Positions 1 to 8,369 of a stretch of 64,000 nt of DNA are shown in pieces. Below the pieces are notes generated by a model. The model searched no databases and had not been told where the DNA came from. It saw nothing but the letters and a program-made list of their open reading frames with translations. Made by a program: the position numbers and the translations under genes. Within the stretch, counting starts at the first letter, position 1. Each line of letters starts with the position of its first letter. Source of the DNA: Sulfurovum sp. (GTDB lineage: Bacteria > Campylobacterota > Campylobacteria > Campylobacterales > Sulfurovaceae); contig JAJPEU010000007.1 of assembly GCA_021166685.1 (NCBI GenBank), forward strand, positions 120,212-184,211, written 5' to 3'.

Positions 1-1
1 A

Positions 2-721
2 CTGATGACCGTTCCCTTTACTCTGGAAGAGCTCAATGATGCACAAATCAAACTATTGCAAGAAAATGAACTTTTTGAAGGCGCCTACATTAGACCGCTT
101 GTTTATCTTGGGTATGGGGTCATGGGACTTTATCATAAAGATGCACCCGTAAATGTTTCGATTTCTGCATGGGAATGGGGTGCTTACCTCGGTGAAGAAG
201 GACTCAAAAAAGGGGTGCGCGCAAAAATAACCTCAGTAACCAAAACAGCAAATACTTCCGGCATGGTTAAAGCCAAGGCCGTAGCAAACTATCTTAACAG
301 CCAAATGGCAAAATATGAAGCTGTAGAGGCAGGCTATGATGAGGCATTACTCAGAGATGATGAAGGATATATTGCCGAAGCGAGCGGTGCATCATTCTTT
401 ATTGTACGAGACGGGATACTAATCTCTCCGCCTTGCGACAATACGCTTGAGTCCATTACGCAACAAACCGTAATAGAATTGGCTGAAGATTTAGGTATTA
501 AAGTAGTGAGACGACGCATCACACGGGAAGAGGTTTATATCGCCCAAGAGGCTTTCTTTGCAGGAACTGCAGCAGAAGTTACCCCTATTCGCGAAGTAGA
601 TGCACGTATTATCGGCGCAGGAGAAAGAGGTAAAATAACAGAAAAAATACAAAGTGCCTATTTTGATGCAGTAAGCGGAAAAAACGCAAAATTTATTAAA
701 TATTTAACATATATTAACTAG
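2..721 (+). CDS. ilvE: branched-chain amino acid aminotransferase, C-terminal part (5' end lies outside the window)
   Basis: The ORF is open to the window edge. The translated tail (EASGASFFIVRDG, FFAGTAAEVTPIREVD) resembles fold-type IV PLP aminotransferases. Confidence 0.85.
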   Translation: MMTVPFTLEELNDAQIKLLQENELFEGAYIRPLVYLGYGVMGLYHKDAPVNVSISAWEWGAYLGEEGLKKGVRAKITSVTKTANTSGMVKAKAVANYLNSQMAKYEAVEAGYDEALLRDDEGYIAEASGASFFIVRDGILISPPCDNTLESITQQTVIELAEDLGIKVVRRRITREEVYIAQEAFFAGTAAEVTPIREVDARIIGAGERGKITEKIQSAYFDAVSGKNAKFIKYLTYIN

Positions 722-730
722 GAGAACTAC

Positions 731-1846
731 GTGCCGGCAGACATGAACGACTATTTTAAGAAAAAAAGACCCAGCAATACTATGAATACCGAAGGTAATC
801 AAAACAAAAGTGGCCCAGGCGGCTTTGAAAATCCTTTTGGAAATATAGGGAAAGGGGCTTCGTGGATGTTTGTCGCTTTAGCTATTGCTATTGCAATTTT
901 TACACTAAAGCCGTTTACTGTAATCAATTCGGGAGAAGTGGGGATTAAAGTTACCACCGGTAAGTTTCAAACTGAGCCGCTGGGTGCAGGATTACATTTT
1001 TACATCCCCGTATTTCAAAAAATCATACCTGTAAATACACGCATTAGACTCATCGTTTACAGCACCACTGAAACCAGTATGGTGGGAGATAATTATTCAA
1101 AAGGCTTTATTTCCGGAGAAACTTTTGAAGGAGGGCTCAAAAAAAATCCTTCCATTCAAGTTTTGGACAAAAGAGGATTGACTGTCAACATCGATCTTGC
1201 GGTCCAATACAGACTAAAAGCTGAGGCAGCGCCAATGACGATAGAGAAATGGGGAGCAAGCTGGGAAGAGAAAATTGTTAACTCCAAAGTACGCGAAGTG
1301 GTACGTGATGTTGTAGGCCAATACACGGCAGAACAGCTTCCTGAGATGAGAAATGAAATCGCCTCTGCTATCCAGACAAAAGTACAAGAAAGCATCAGCT
1401 CCCTTGAGGGAGAACCCGTTTTGCTCTCTTCTGTAGAATTAAGAAACATTGACCTTCCTCCAAAAATCAAAGATCAGATAGAAAGAGTTCAGATAGCAAA
1501 ACAAGAAGTCACTATTGCCGAACAACAAAAAGAACAGGCCAAACAAGAAGCTCAAAGAAAAGCAGAAATTGCCCGAGGCGAAGCGGAAAGAAACCGTATT
1601 GAAGCACAAGGTGAGGCAGACAAGATTCGTATTGAAGCCCAAGAGCAAGCCAAAGCCAACAGATTGATTTCAGATTCTTTGACTCCAAGTCTGATTGAAC
1701 TTGAACAGATCAAAACACAGGCAAAATTCAACGAAGCATTAAAGGTCAACAAAGACGCCCAAATATTCCTTACTCCCGGGGGTGCTGTTCCCAATATTTG
1801 GGTTGACGCAAAAAGCAAAGATAAAACATTGAGTACACAACAATAA
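731..1846 (+). CDS. SPFH/band-7 (prohibitin/HflC-like) membrane protein
   Basis: GTG start 5 nt after AGGAG. N-terminal TM helix (WMFVALAIAIAIF), an SPFH-like core, and a long Glu/Lys/Ala/Gln-rich coiled-coil tail. Confidence 0.8.
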   Translation: MPADMNDYFKKKRPSNTMNTEGNQNKSGPGGFENPFGNIGKGASWMFVALAIAIAIFTLKPFTVINSGEVGIKVTTGKFQTEPLGAGLHFYIPVFQKIIPVNTRIRLIVYSTTETSMVGDNYSKGFISGETFEGGLKKNPSIQVLDKRGLTVNIDLAVQYRLKAEAAPMTIEKWGASWEEKIVNSKVREVVRDVVGQYTAEQLPEMRNEIASAIQTKVQESISSLEGEPVLLSSVELRNIDLPPKIKDQIERVQIAKQEVTIAEQQKEQAKQEAQRKAEIARGEAERNRIEAQGEADKIRIEAQEQAKANRLISDSLTPSLIELEQIKTQAKFNEALKVNKDAQIFLTPGGAVPNIWVDAKSKDKTLSTQQ

Positions 1847-1909
1847 AAATCGATCCCATTCCCGCAAAATCAGTGGGGATGGACTCATCAACAACAAAGA
1901 GGTTATCCT

Positions 1910-2575
1910 ATGCAGATAGATTGGCACAAAAATCCCCTTATCCCGGTAATCGCACAAGATTTTGAAACAAACGATGTTTTAATGCTTGCGTATATGAATG
2001 AAGAAGCCTACATCCTTACATTGAACACAGGGTATGCACACTATTTTAGCCGAAGCAAACAACGGATCTGGAAAAAAGGCGAAAGTTCCCATCACACCCA
2101 AGAGATCAAAGATATATTGATTGATTGCGACGGAGATACCATCATCTTAAAAATCAAACAAAATGGCGTAGCGTGCCATACCGGAAGAAGAAGTTGCTTC
2201 TTTACTTCTGTCATACAAGATAAAATCATTTTAGACCAAGAGGTTGATATCGATACAATTTATGGCGTTGTAGACAGCCTTTATCATACAATTTTAGAAC
2301 GAAAACATGATGCAAACACAACAACATCTTGGACTCAAAAACTTTTGCACGACAAAACGCTGTTGCTTAGCAAAATCCGTGAAGAGGCTGATGAAGTCTG
2401 TGTGGCCATTGACATAGAAAGTGATGAGCAGGTTATCTATGAGAGTGCGGATTTGCTTTATCATACATTGGTTGGGCTTGGTTATCGTGAAATTTCACCG
2501 GACAGAGTCAAGCAAGAATTGGCACGACGTTTTAATATGAGCGGAATAGAAGAAAAGAAAAGCAGAAAAAAGTAA
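1910..2575 (+). CDS. hisIE: bifunctional phosphoribosyl-AMP cyclohydrolase / phosphoribosyl-ATP pyrophosphatase
   Basis: HisI-like N-terminal half (GVACHTGRRSCFF) fused to a HisE-like C-terminal half (EEADEV, ESADLLYHTLV). Confidence 0.9.
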   Translation: MQIDWHKNPLIPVIAQDFETNDVLMLAYMNEEAYILTLNTGYAHYFSRSKQRIWKKGESSHHTQEIKDILIDCDGDTIILKIKQNGVACHTGRRSCFFTSVIQDKIILDQEVDIDTIYGVVDSLYHTILERKHDANTTTSWTQKLLHDKTLLLSKIREEADEVCVAIDIESDEQVIYESADLLYHTLVGLGYREISPDRVKQELARRFNMSGIEEKKSRKK

Positions 2576-2661
2576 ATTTTTCTTTTTATTAAATTTCAAT
2601 TAACCTTCTCATTTTACAATTTCTTTAATGGTATCAACTAAAATCATTTAAGGAGAATTGT

Positions 2662-3303
2662 ATGAGATCTTCAAAATCATTTCCGCTTTTTATCGTTTCA
2701 ACACTTTTAACCGCATCTCTTTTTGCAGTGCAGACGGATACTCCTTCTGTACAGCAAATAAATATTGATGATATTTTTGAAAGACAAATCCTGCGTATGC
2801 AAAAAATGCAAGAACAAATGGATAAAATGTTTGAAGAGTTTGATAGAGATTTTTACAACACCTCATTTCATTCCACCCCTTTATACAACAGAATCAAATA
2901 TCCAAACACTTCGTCTTCGGCTTTAAACGATAAAGGGACACACTACGAAATCACCCTTGTACATCCCAAAGATTCAACTATCAATATTACCGCCAAAAAC
3001 CATCAATTAACCATCCAAATCACACAAGAGCGGCATACTCAAAATGAAAATAAAGAAGGGAAGGCGACAGGTTACGCAAGCAGTTCCTCTATCCAAAGTT
3101 TTTCGCTTCCTCTTGACGCGGATACAGCGGCCATGAAAAGCAAAGTAGAAAAAGAGTCTTTGATTATTTCTATTCCAAAAATATCAAAAACGCAAAACAT
3201 GGATCCGGTAAACAAACTCAAAGAAGGAAACACCACACAATCTTCAACCCCCAAACATCAAGAGATCAACAGCACCCAGCCTGCTTCGGCAGTCATAAGC
3301 TAA
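2662..3303 (+). CDS. exported protein with an Hsp20/alpha-crystallin-like C-terminal domain
   Basis: AAGGAG SD. Signal-peptide-like N-terminus (FPLFIVSTLLTASLFA). The C-terminal half follows the small-HSP pattern (THYEITLVHPK..INITAKNHQLTIQ, then SFSLPLDADTAAMKSKVEKESLIISIPK). Confidence 0.5.
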   Translation: MRSSKSFPLFIVSTLLTASLFAVQTDTPSVQQINIDDIFERQILRMQKMQEQMDKMFEEFDRDFYNTSFHSTPLYNRIKYPNTSSSALNDKGTHYEITLVHPKDSTINITAKNHQLTIQITQERHTQNENKEGKATGYASSSSIQSFSLPLDADTAAMKSKVEKESLIISIPKISKTQNMDPVNKLKEGNTTQSSTPKHQEINSTQPASAVIS

Positions 3304-4256
3304 TAAGACAGCCCTTCTCTGCGGAGAGCTTGGCTAATGTAGATCAGCATCTTGTTTTTGGATAACCCGCACCATGCAGGTGCAAGCAAGGTTTCATCAT
3401 CGATACCTGCCGTAATTCGCTGTATGCTTATATGTGCTGGTTTGAGTTTAATTGCTTTAACCAAAGTATCAATATACTCTTCTTTGCTGAGGGGTTCAAA
3501 TTCCCCTTGCAAATATTCGTTAGCAAGCAAGGTATGCTTTACCACATACAAAGGATGATACTTAACAGAGTCTATTCCCCATTCGTATGCTGCTTTGGCT
3601 GAGTTAAGCATCATCTCTTGATTTTCACCTGGCAAACCAAAAATAAGATGCCCGCACACATTCAAGCCTCTCTTTTTGGCTTCCTTAATCGCTCTTTCCA
3701 CGTTTATCGCATCATGTCCACGATTAATACGCTCTAATGTTTCATTGTAAATAGATTGGATACCATATTCAATCCATATCTCTTTGGTGCGACTCAAGCA
3801 AACAAGATAGTCAAGTACTTCGGGTGTCACACTGTCGCTTCTTGTTCCAATACTCAATCCTATTACATCTTCATGGGTCAGTGCTTTATCATAGAGTGCC
3901 TTGAGAGTTTCAAAAGGAGCATACGTGTTGGTAAAGGCCTGAAAATAAACTAAGAATTTTTGCGTACCCCACTTTCTACGCATCGTTTCTCTGGTATTTA
4001 CTATCTGCTCGTCAAGTTCTTGGAGTTGTCTTTCTAAAATAGGGTTGTTTTTGCTTTGTAAATTGAGAAATATTTTCCCTGCATTTTGTGCTAGATTTGG
4101 ACTAAAAGAATCATTCAAACAGAAAGTGCAACCGCCTTTGGCTACCGTTCCGTCAATATTTGGACAGGTAAACCCGCTCAGTCCAAGAGGAATTTTACTC
4201 ACCTTGGTTTTGAACTTTTTTTTAAGGTACCTTCCAAATGTATTGAGTTGCTTCAA
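3300..4256 (-). CDS. radical SAM protein, TIGR01212 (YhcC-like) family
   Basis: The motif FTCPNIDGTVAKGGCTFC and the overall length fit the TIGR01212-type radical SAM family. Confidence 0.8.
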   Translation of the reverse strand: MKQLNTFGRYLKKKFKTKVSKIPLGLSGFTCPNIDGTVAKGGCTFCLNDSFSPNLAQNAGKIFLNLQSKNNPILERQLQELDEQIVNTRETMRRKWGTQKFLVYFQAFTNTYAPFETLKALYDKALTHEDVIGLSIGTRSDSVTPEVLDYLVCLSRTKEIWIEYGIQSIYNETLERINRGHDAINVERAIKEAKKRGLNVCGHLIFGLPGENQEMMLNSAKAAYEWGIDSVKYHPLYVVKHTLLANEYLQGEFEPLSKEEYIDTLVKAIKLKPAHISIQRITAGIDDETLLAPAWCGLSKNKMLIYISQALRREGLSY

Positions 4257-4265
4257 ACTGCACCT

Positions 4266-5633
4266 TTAAATATCACTGCAACCAGGGCTTTGTGCGCTTC
4301 CGCCGGCAAAATATTTCCCATCAAAGCTCACAAGCGAATAGCTTCTTTCTGTACCTAATGATTCAACCAAACCATCAACAGAAAGAAAACCTAAAGTAGT
4401 TGCCCCAATTTTTTTTGCTATCTCTTCCACGCTATATCTTGAAGAGATAAGTTCTGCTTGGGTAGGCGTATCAATGCCATACCGGCATGGATATTTAATC
4501 TCAGGCGCTGCAATACGCATATGTATCTCTTTTGCTCCTGCTTCCAAAAGCATTTTAACAATCTGTTTTGATGTCGTTCCTCTAACAAGCGAATCGTCAA
4601 TAATGGCTATCCGTTTGCCCTCTATCAAATGTTTAATTGGAGAAAGCTTCAATTTTACTTTTAGATTTCGTATCTCTTGCGTAGGTTCAATAAAGGTACG
4701 CCCTACATAATGGTTACGCACAATACCCATCTCAAAAGGAACACCCAACTCCTCAGCATATCCTTTTGCTGCTGCTACTCCGCTGTCAGGAACCGGCAAG
4801 ACCAAATCCACATCTGCCGGCGCCTCTTTTGCCAACATTTTACCCATTGCCACCCTGGTTTTATATACATTTTTTCCATCGATAATTGAATCCGGTCTTG
4901 AAAAATAGATATACTCAAAAGCACACGGATGATAATCAGATTCAAAAATCTGTTCAGAGAAGGGTTCCCCCTCCTCTTCGAACGTAAGCATCTCTCCGGG
5001 TCTGATATCTCGTATAAACTCTGCGCCTACCAAATCAAACGCACAAGTTTCGCTTGCGACAATCCATCCTCCGTCTTTCAGCTTCCCTAAACTTAAAGGA
5101 CGAATACCAAAACGGTCACGGATAACAAACATTTTTGAACGGCTCTGTATCACTAAACAGTAGGCCCCTTCTATTTTTCCAAGCATATCTTTGATACGAT
5201 CTACCAATGCATCTTTTTGGCTTTTAGCAATAAGATGCACAATATTTTCGGTATCCATACCTGTTTGAAAGATGGCACCATTATCTATCAAACGATTGCG
5301 CACCTCATATTTATTTACAAGATTTCCATTGTGGGCAACAGAAATTTCTCCCAGCTTATATTTGGCAAATACAGGCTGAGCATCCAATACCGAATCGGCT
5401 CCTGCGGTAGAATAACGATTGTGTCCAATGGCACAATCCCCCTTTAGAAGCTCAAAAGAAGACTCATCAAATACGTCAGTTACCAATCCCCTTTTTTTAA
5501 TCAAATGAATTTTATCTCCATTTGCGGTAGAGATGCCCGTAGACTCTTGTCCGCGATGCTGCATCGCAAAAAGAGAATAATACGCTATTTTTGCTGCATT
5601 TTTTGCACCATATATACCTACAATTGCACACAT
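4266..5633 (-). CDS. purF: amidophosphoribosyltransferase
   Basis: N-terminal MCAIVGIYG (Cys nucleophile), a PRTase motif (IAIIDDSLVRGTT) and C-terminal Cys residues. Confidence 0.95.
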   Translation of the reverse strand: MCAIVGIYGAKNAAKIAYYSLFAMQHRGQESTGISTANGDKIHLIKKRGLVTDVFDESSFELLKGDCAIGHNRYSTAGADSVLDAQPVFAKYKLGEISVAHNGNLVNKYEVRNRLIDNGAIFQTGMDTENIVHLIAKSQKDALVDRIKDMLGKIEGAYCLVIQSRSKMFVIRDRFGIRPLSLGKLKDGGWIVASETCAFDLVGAEFIRDIRPGEMLTFEEEGEPFSEQIFESDYHPCAFEYIYFSRPDSIIDGKNVYKTRVAMGKMLAKEAPADVDLVLPVPDSGVAAAKGYAEELGVPFEMGIVRNHYVGRTFIEPTQEIRNLKVKLKLSPIKHLIEGKRIAIIDDSLVRGTTSKQIVKMLLEAGAKEIHMRIAAPEIKYPCRYGIDTPTQAELISSRYSVEEIAKKIGATTLGFLSVDGLVESLGTERSYSLVSFDGKYFAGGSAQSPGCSDI

Positions 5634-5634
5634 C

Positions 5635-6417
5635 TTATATTCCTAAACAGTCATTGATGGAGTAAAATCCACTCTCTTGGTTGACTAGCCATTTTGCAGC
5701 GCGTATCGCTCCTTTAGAAAATGTTTCCCTGCTGGTTGCAGTATGATTAAGCTCCAGATACTCGCCGTCATTATAAAAACCTACCGTATGGCGCCCCACA
5801 ATATCTCCTCCTCGCAAAGCCATTACGGCAATCTCATCTTTGGTTCTTGCTCCTATCTGTCCGTCTCTGCCGGAGATACGCACCTTCTCAAGATCAAGAC
5901 CTCTTCCTTTGGCTGCAAACTCACCCAAAGTCAATGCCGTACCGCTCGGTGCATCTACCTTGTGCCTATGGTGTTGCTCTACAATTTCAATATCAAAATC
6001 TCTCAATGTGGCAGAAACTTTTTCTACAAGTTGTTTAAGCAGAGCAATACCTGCTGACATATTAGACGCATACAGCACCGGCATCTCTTTGGCTGCTTCT
6101 CTCATCAAATTTTGCTGATGCATAGTAAATCCGGTTGTTGCAATTACCAAAGGTTTTGGATTTTCCAAAGCTGCTTCACAAAGCTCCTGTGTTGCTTCAG
6201 GTGCAGAAAAGTCAATAACAACATCACAATTTTCCAACACTGTTTTCATGCTGTTTGTTACCATTACGCTGGCTGGAAATATTCTCTCCGCTCCGTCAAA
6301 TACATGCACTGCGCCCAAAATAAGTTCCGGATCGTTTTCTAAATTATCGATCAACAAATTGCCTACTCTTCCCGTACTTCCGACAATGCCTACTCTCGTT
6401 TTTTGTAGTTTTGTCAT
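5635..6417 (-). CDS. dapB: 4-hydroxy-tetrahydrodipicolinate reductase
   Basis: GSTGRVG Rossmann motif and EQHHRHKVDAPSGTAL signature. The stop lies 1 nt before the purF start. Confidence 0.9.
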   Translation of the reverse strand: MTKLQKTRVGIVGSTGRVGNLLIDNLENDPELILGAVHVFDGAERIFPASVMVTNSMKTVLENCDVVIDFSAPEATQELCEAALENPKPLVIATTGFTMHQQNLMREAAKEMPVLYASNMSAGIALLKQLVEKVSATLRDFDIEIVEQHHRHKVDAPSGTALTLGEFAAKGRGLDLEKVRISGRDGQIGARTKDEIAVMALRGGDIVGRHTVGFYNDGEYLELNHTATSRETFSKGAIRAAKWLVNQESGFYSINDCLGI

Positions 6418-7356
6418 TTATGCATGCTCCTGAATATATGAAATTACTTGCAGCGCAGCCGTCGCACCATCGCCTGCCGCACATACTACTTGTTTTGGTG
6501 CTTCAATACGCACATCGCCTGCCGCAAAAAGTCCGGCCAGTGAGGTTTTCATGCTCAAGTCCACAACCACCTGCCCCCACTCGCTCACTTCACAAATAAA
6601 ATGGCCATTTTCATCTTTAAGTACTTCATTATTTACATTATGCCCCACAAATACAAAAATTCCCGGAACATCCAGTGCAGACACATTGCCCTCTTTATTT
6701 TTAATTCTTATGCCGCCTACGCCCATGGCATCACCAAAAACCTCTTCTATGGTTGTATCAGTTAACAAATGAATATTTTCTTTCCTTTGGACTCTTTCGA
6801 TGGTTGACGGTGCCGCTCTAAATGTATCTCTCCTGTGAATGACATAAACTTCTGAGCAAATATTTGAAAGATAGAACGCCTCTTCAAGTGCCGTATCTCC
6901 TCCGCCAAGCACAGCCACCGGTTTGTTTTTATAGAAAAATCCATCACACGTGGCACAGGTACTAACCCCCTTGCCGAAAAAATCATCTTCGCCTTTAAAG
7001 CCGGCCTTTTTAGGGGTACTTCCGGTGCACACAATCACCGTTTTTGCCTGTGCTGTTTCGCTGTTTTCAAATGTTAAAGTAAAGTACTTATCATTTTTTG
7101 TTATATGCTGAATCTTTTTCATTTCATGTTTCAATCCAAAATGAAAACATTGTTCTTGCCATGTATCCATAAAATCCATACCTGTTTTGCTATGGTCAAA
7201 AAATCCCGGATAATTTTCTATTTCGGAACTCTGTGTGATTTGTCCCCCCGGTAGCCCCATCTCAAAAAGTGTTACATGTTTTAACCCACCGCGTGTTGCA
7301 TACAGTCCCGCGGCCAATCCGGCCGGTCCGCCACCAATAATTGCACAATCTAACAT
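6418..7356 (-). CDS. trxB: thioredoxin-disulfide reductase
   Basis: GGGPAG FAD motif and CATCDG redox-active disulfide. The stop abuts the dapB start. Confidence 0.92.
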   Translation of the reverse strand: MLDCAIIGGGPAGLAAGLYATRGGLKHVTLFEMGLPGGQITQSSEIENYPGFFDHSKTGMDFMDTWQEQCFHFGLKHEMKKIQHITKNDKYFTLTFENSETAQAKTVIVCTGSTPKKAGFKGEDDFFGKGVSTCATCDGFFYKNKPVAVLGGGDTALEEAFYLSNICSEVYVIHRRDTFRAAPSTIERVQRKENIHLLTDTTIEEVFGDAMGVGGIRIKNKEGNVSALDVPGIFVFVGHNVNNEVLKDENGHFICEVSEWGQVVVDLSMKTSLAGLFAAGDVRIEAPKQVVCAAGDGATAALQVISYIQEHA

Positions 7357-7498
7357 TTTGTATCCTTAAAATGATTAAGCAAATTATACTATTGTAAAAC
7401 TTGATTCATTATTTTGATAGGAAAGTTTTAAAAAGTTATAGTACCAAAAAGCGGTTAATTGCATAAACCTGCTCTTTAGCCAGAAAATATTAAGATTT

Positions 7499-7521
7499 CA
7501 CATGAAGCAAAGCCTCATGTG
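7499..7521 (-). terminator. hairpin downstream of trxA
   Basis: CACATGA-N9-TCATGTG, starting 20 nt after the trxA stop. On the minus strand it is followed by AAATCTTAATATTTTC, a weak U-tract. Confidence 0.4.
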
Positions 7522-7540
7522 CTCGTGTCAACTATCAGGA

Positions 7541-7858
7541 TTATAGTTGAGCGTTTAGTTTTTGGGCAAATGCGTCTTTGGAGGCCGCACCTACCATTTG
7601 ATCTACAACCTCACCATTTTTAAAGAAAAGAATAGCAGGAATTGATCTGATACCGTATTTAACAGCCAAATCTTGTTGTTCATCGGTATTCACTTTTGCA
7701 ATAGTTGCCTTGCCCTCAAATTCTTCTGCAAGCTCTTCAATTACCGGAGCGATCATTCTGCAAGGTCCACACCATGGAGCCCAAAAATCTACCATTGTTA
7801 CACCTTCTGCTACTGTCGCATCAAAGTTTGCTGTTGTCAATTCTACATATTTTGCCAT
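7541..7858 (-). CDS. trxA: thioredoxin
   Basis: WCGPC motif. I chose the internal ATG at 7858 (MAKYVEL), which has AAAGGA 6 nt upstream. A TATAAT box (minus strand, 7891..7886) lies inside the 12-codon N-terminal extension of the track ORF. Confidence 0.9.
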   Translation of the reverse strand: MAKYVELTTANFDATVAEGVTMVDFWAPWCGPCRMIAPVIEELAEEFEGKATIAKVNTDEQQDLAVKYGIRSIPAILFFKNGEVVDQMVGAASKDAFAQKLNAQL

Positions 7859-8027
7859 ATTACATCCTTTTAATTTATTTAACAAATTATACACTAATGT
7901 TCGTTAATGAGCCATTGTTATAACTTATATTTTTTATTTTGTCAACCCCGCATGTCTTCTTTTTTTATATCCAGCCGCAATAATACTCTTACTATGCTCA
8001 AGTTTTTCCATCAAAATATATAAAAAT

Positions 8028-8369
8028 CTAAAGGGTGATATTTTCGATCAACTCTACGTTATCTTGACGTATTATCATGGCATCGACACTAAAAACAACA
8101 TGCAAACCTTTAGTTTTCATATAGTATTGAGCAGAGTTTATCACCTTACGTAATTTCGAAGGGGTAATATTGTAAATAGGATCAAAATCGGCTTTGGCGC
8201 TTTTAACTTCTATAAAATGAAGTACGTCATCTTTGCTGGCAATGATATCTATTTCTCCTAGTTTTCTGGCAAAATAGTTTCGTTCAAGGATTACAAAACC
8301 TGCCTGTTCCAAAAAATGTGTCGCAAGAGCTTCACTTTTATCGCCATACTTTTTAGGAAGCTCACGCAT
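8028..8369 (-). CDS. YraN-family (UPF0102) endonuclease-like protein
   Basis: 113 aa with the GEIDIIA ... FIEVK pattern typical of YraN / PD-(D/E)xK-like proteins. The start overlaps the upstream stop as TGATG. Confidence 0.8.
   Translation of the reverse strand: MRELPKKYGDKSEALATHFLEQAGFVILERNYFARKLGEIDIIASKDDVLHFIEVKSAKADFDPIYNITPSKLRKVINSAQYYMKTKGLHVVFSVDAMIIRQDNVELIENITL

Noticed and set aside
7937-8011. About 25-codon minus-strand ORF (MEKLEHSKSIIAAGYKKRRHAGLTK) between yraN and trxA
   Set aside because: I saw no convincing SD and it is very short and basic. Without conservation data it cannot be distinguished from chance.
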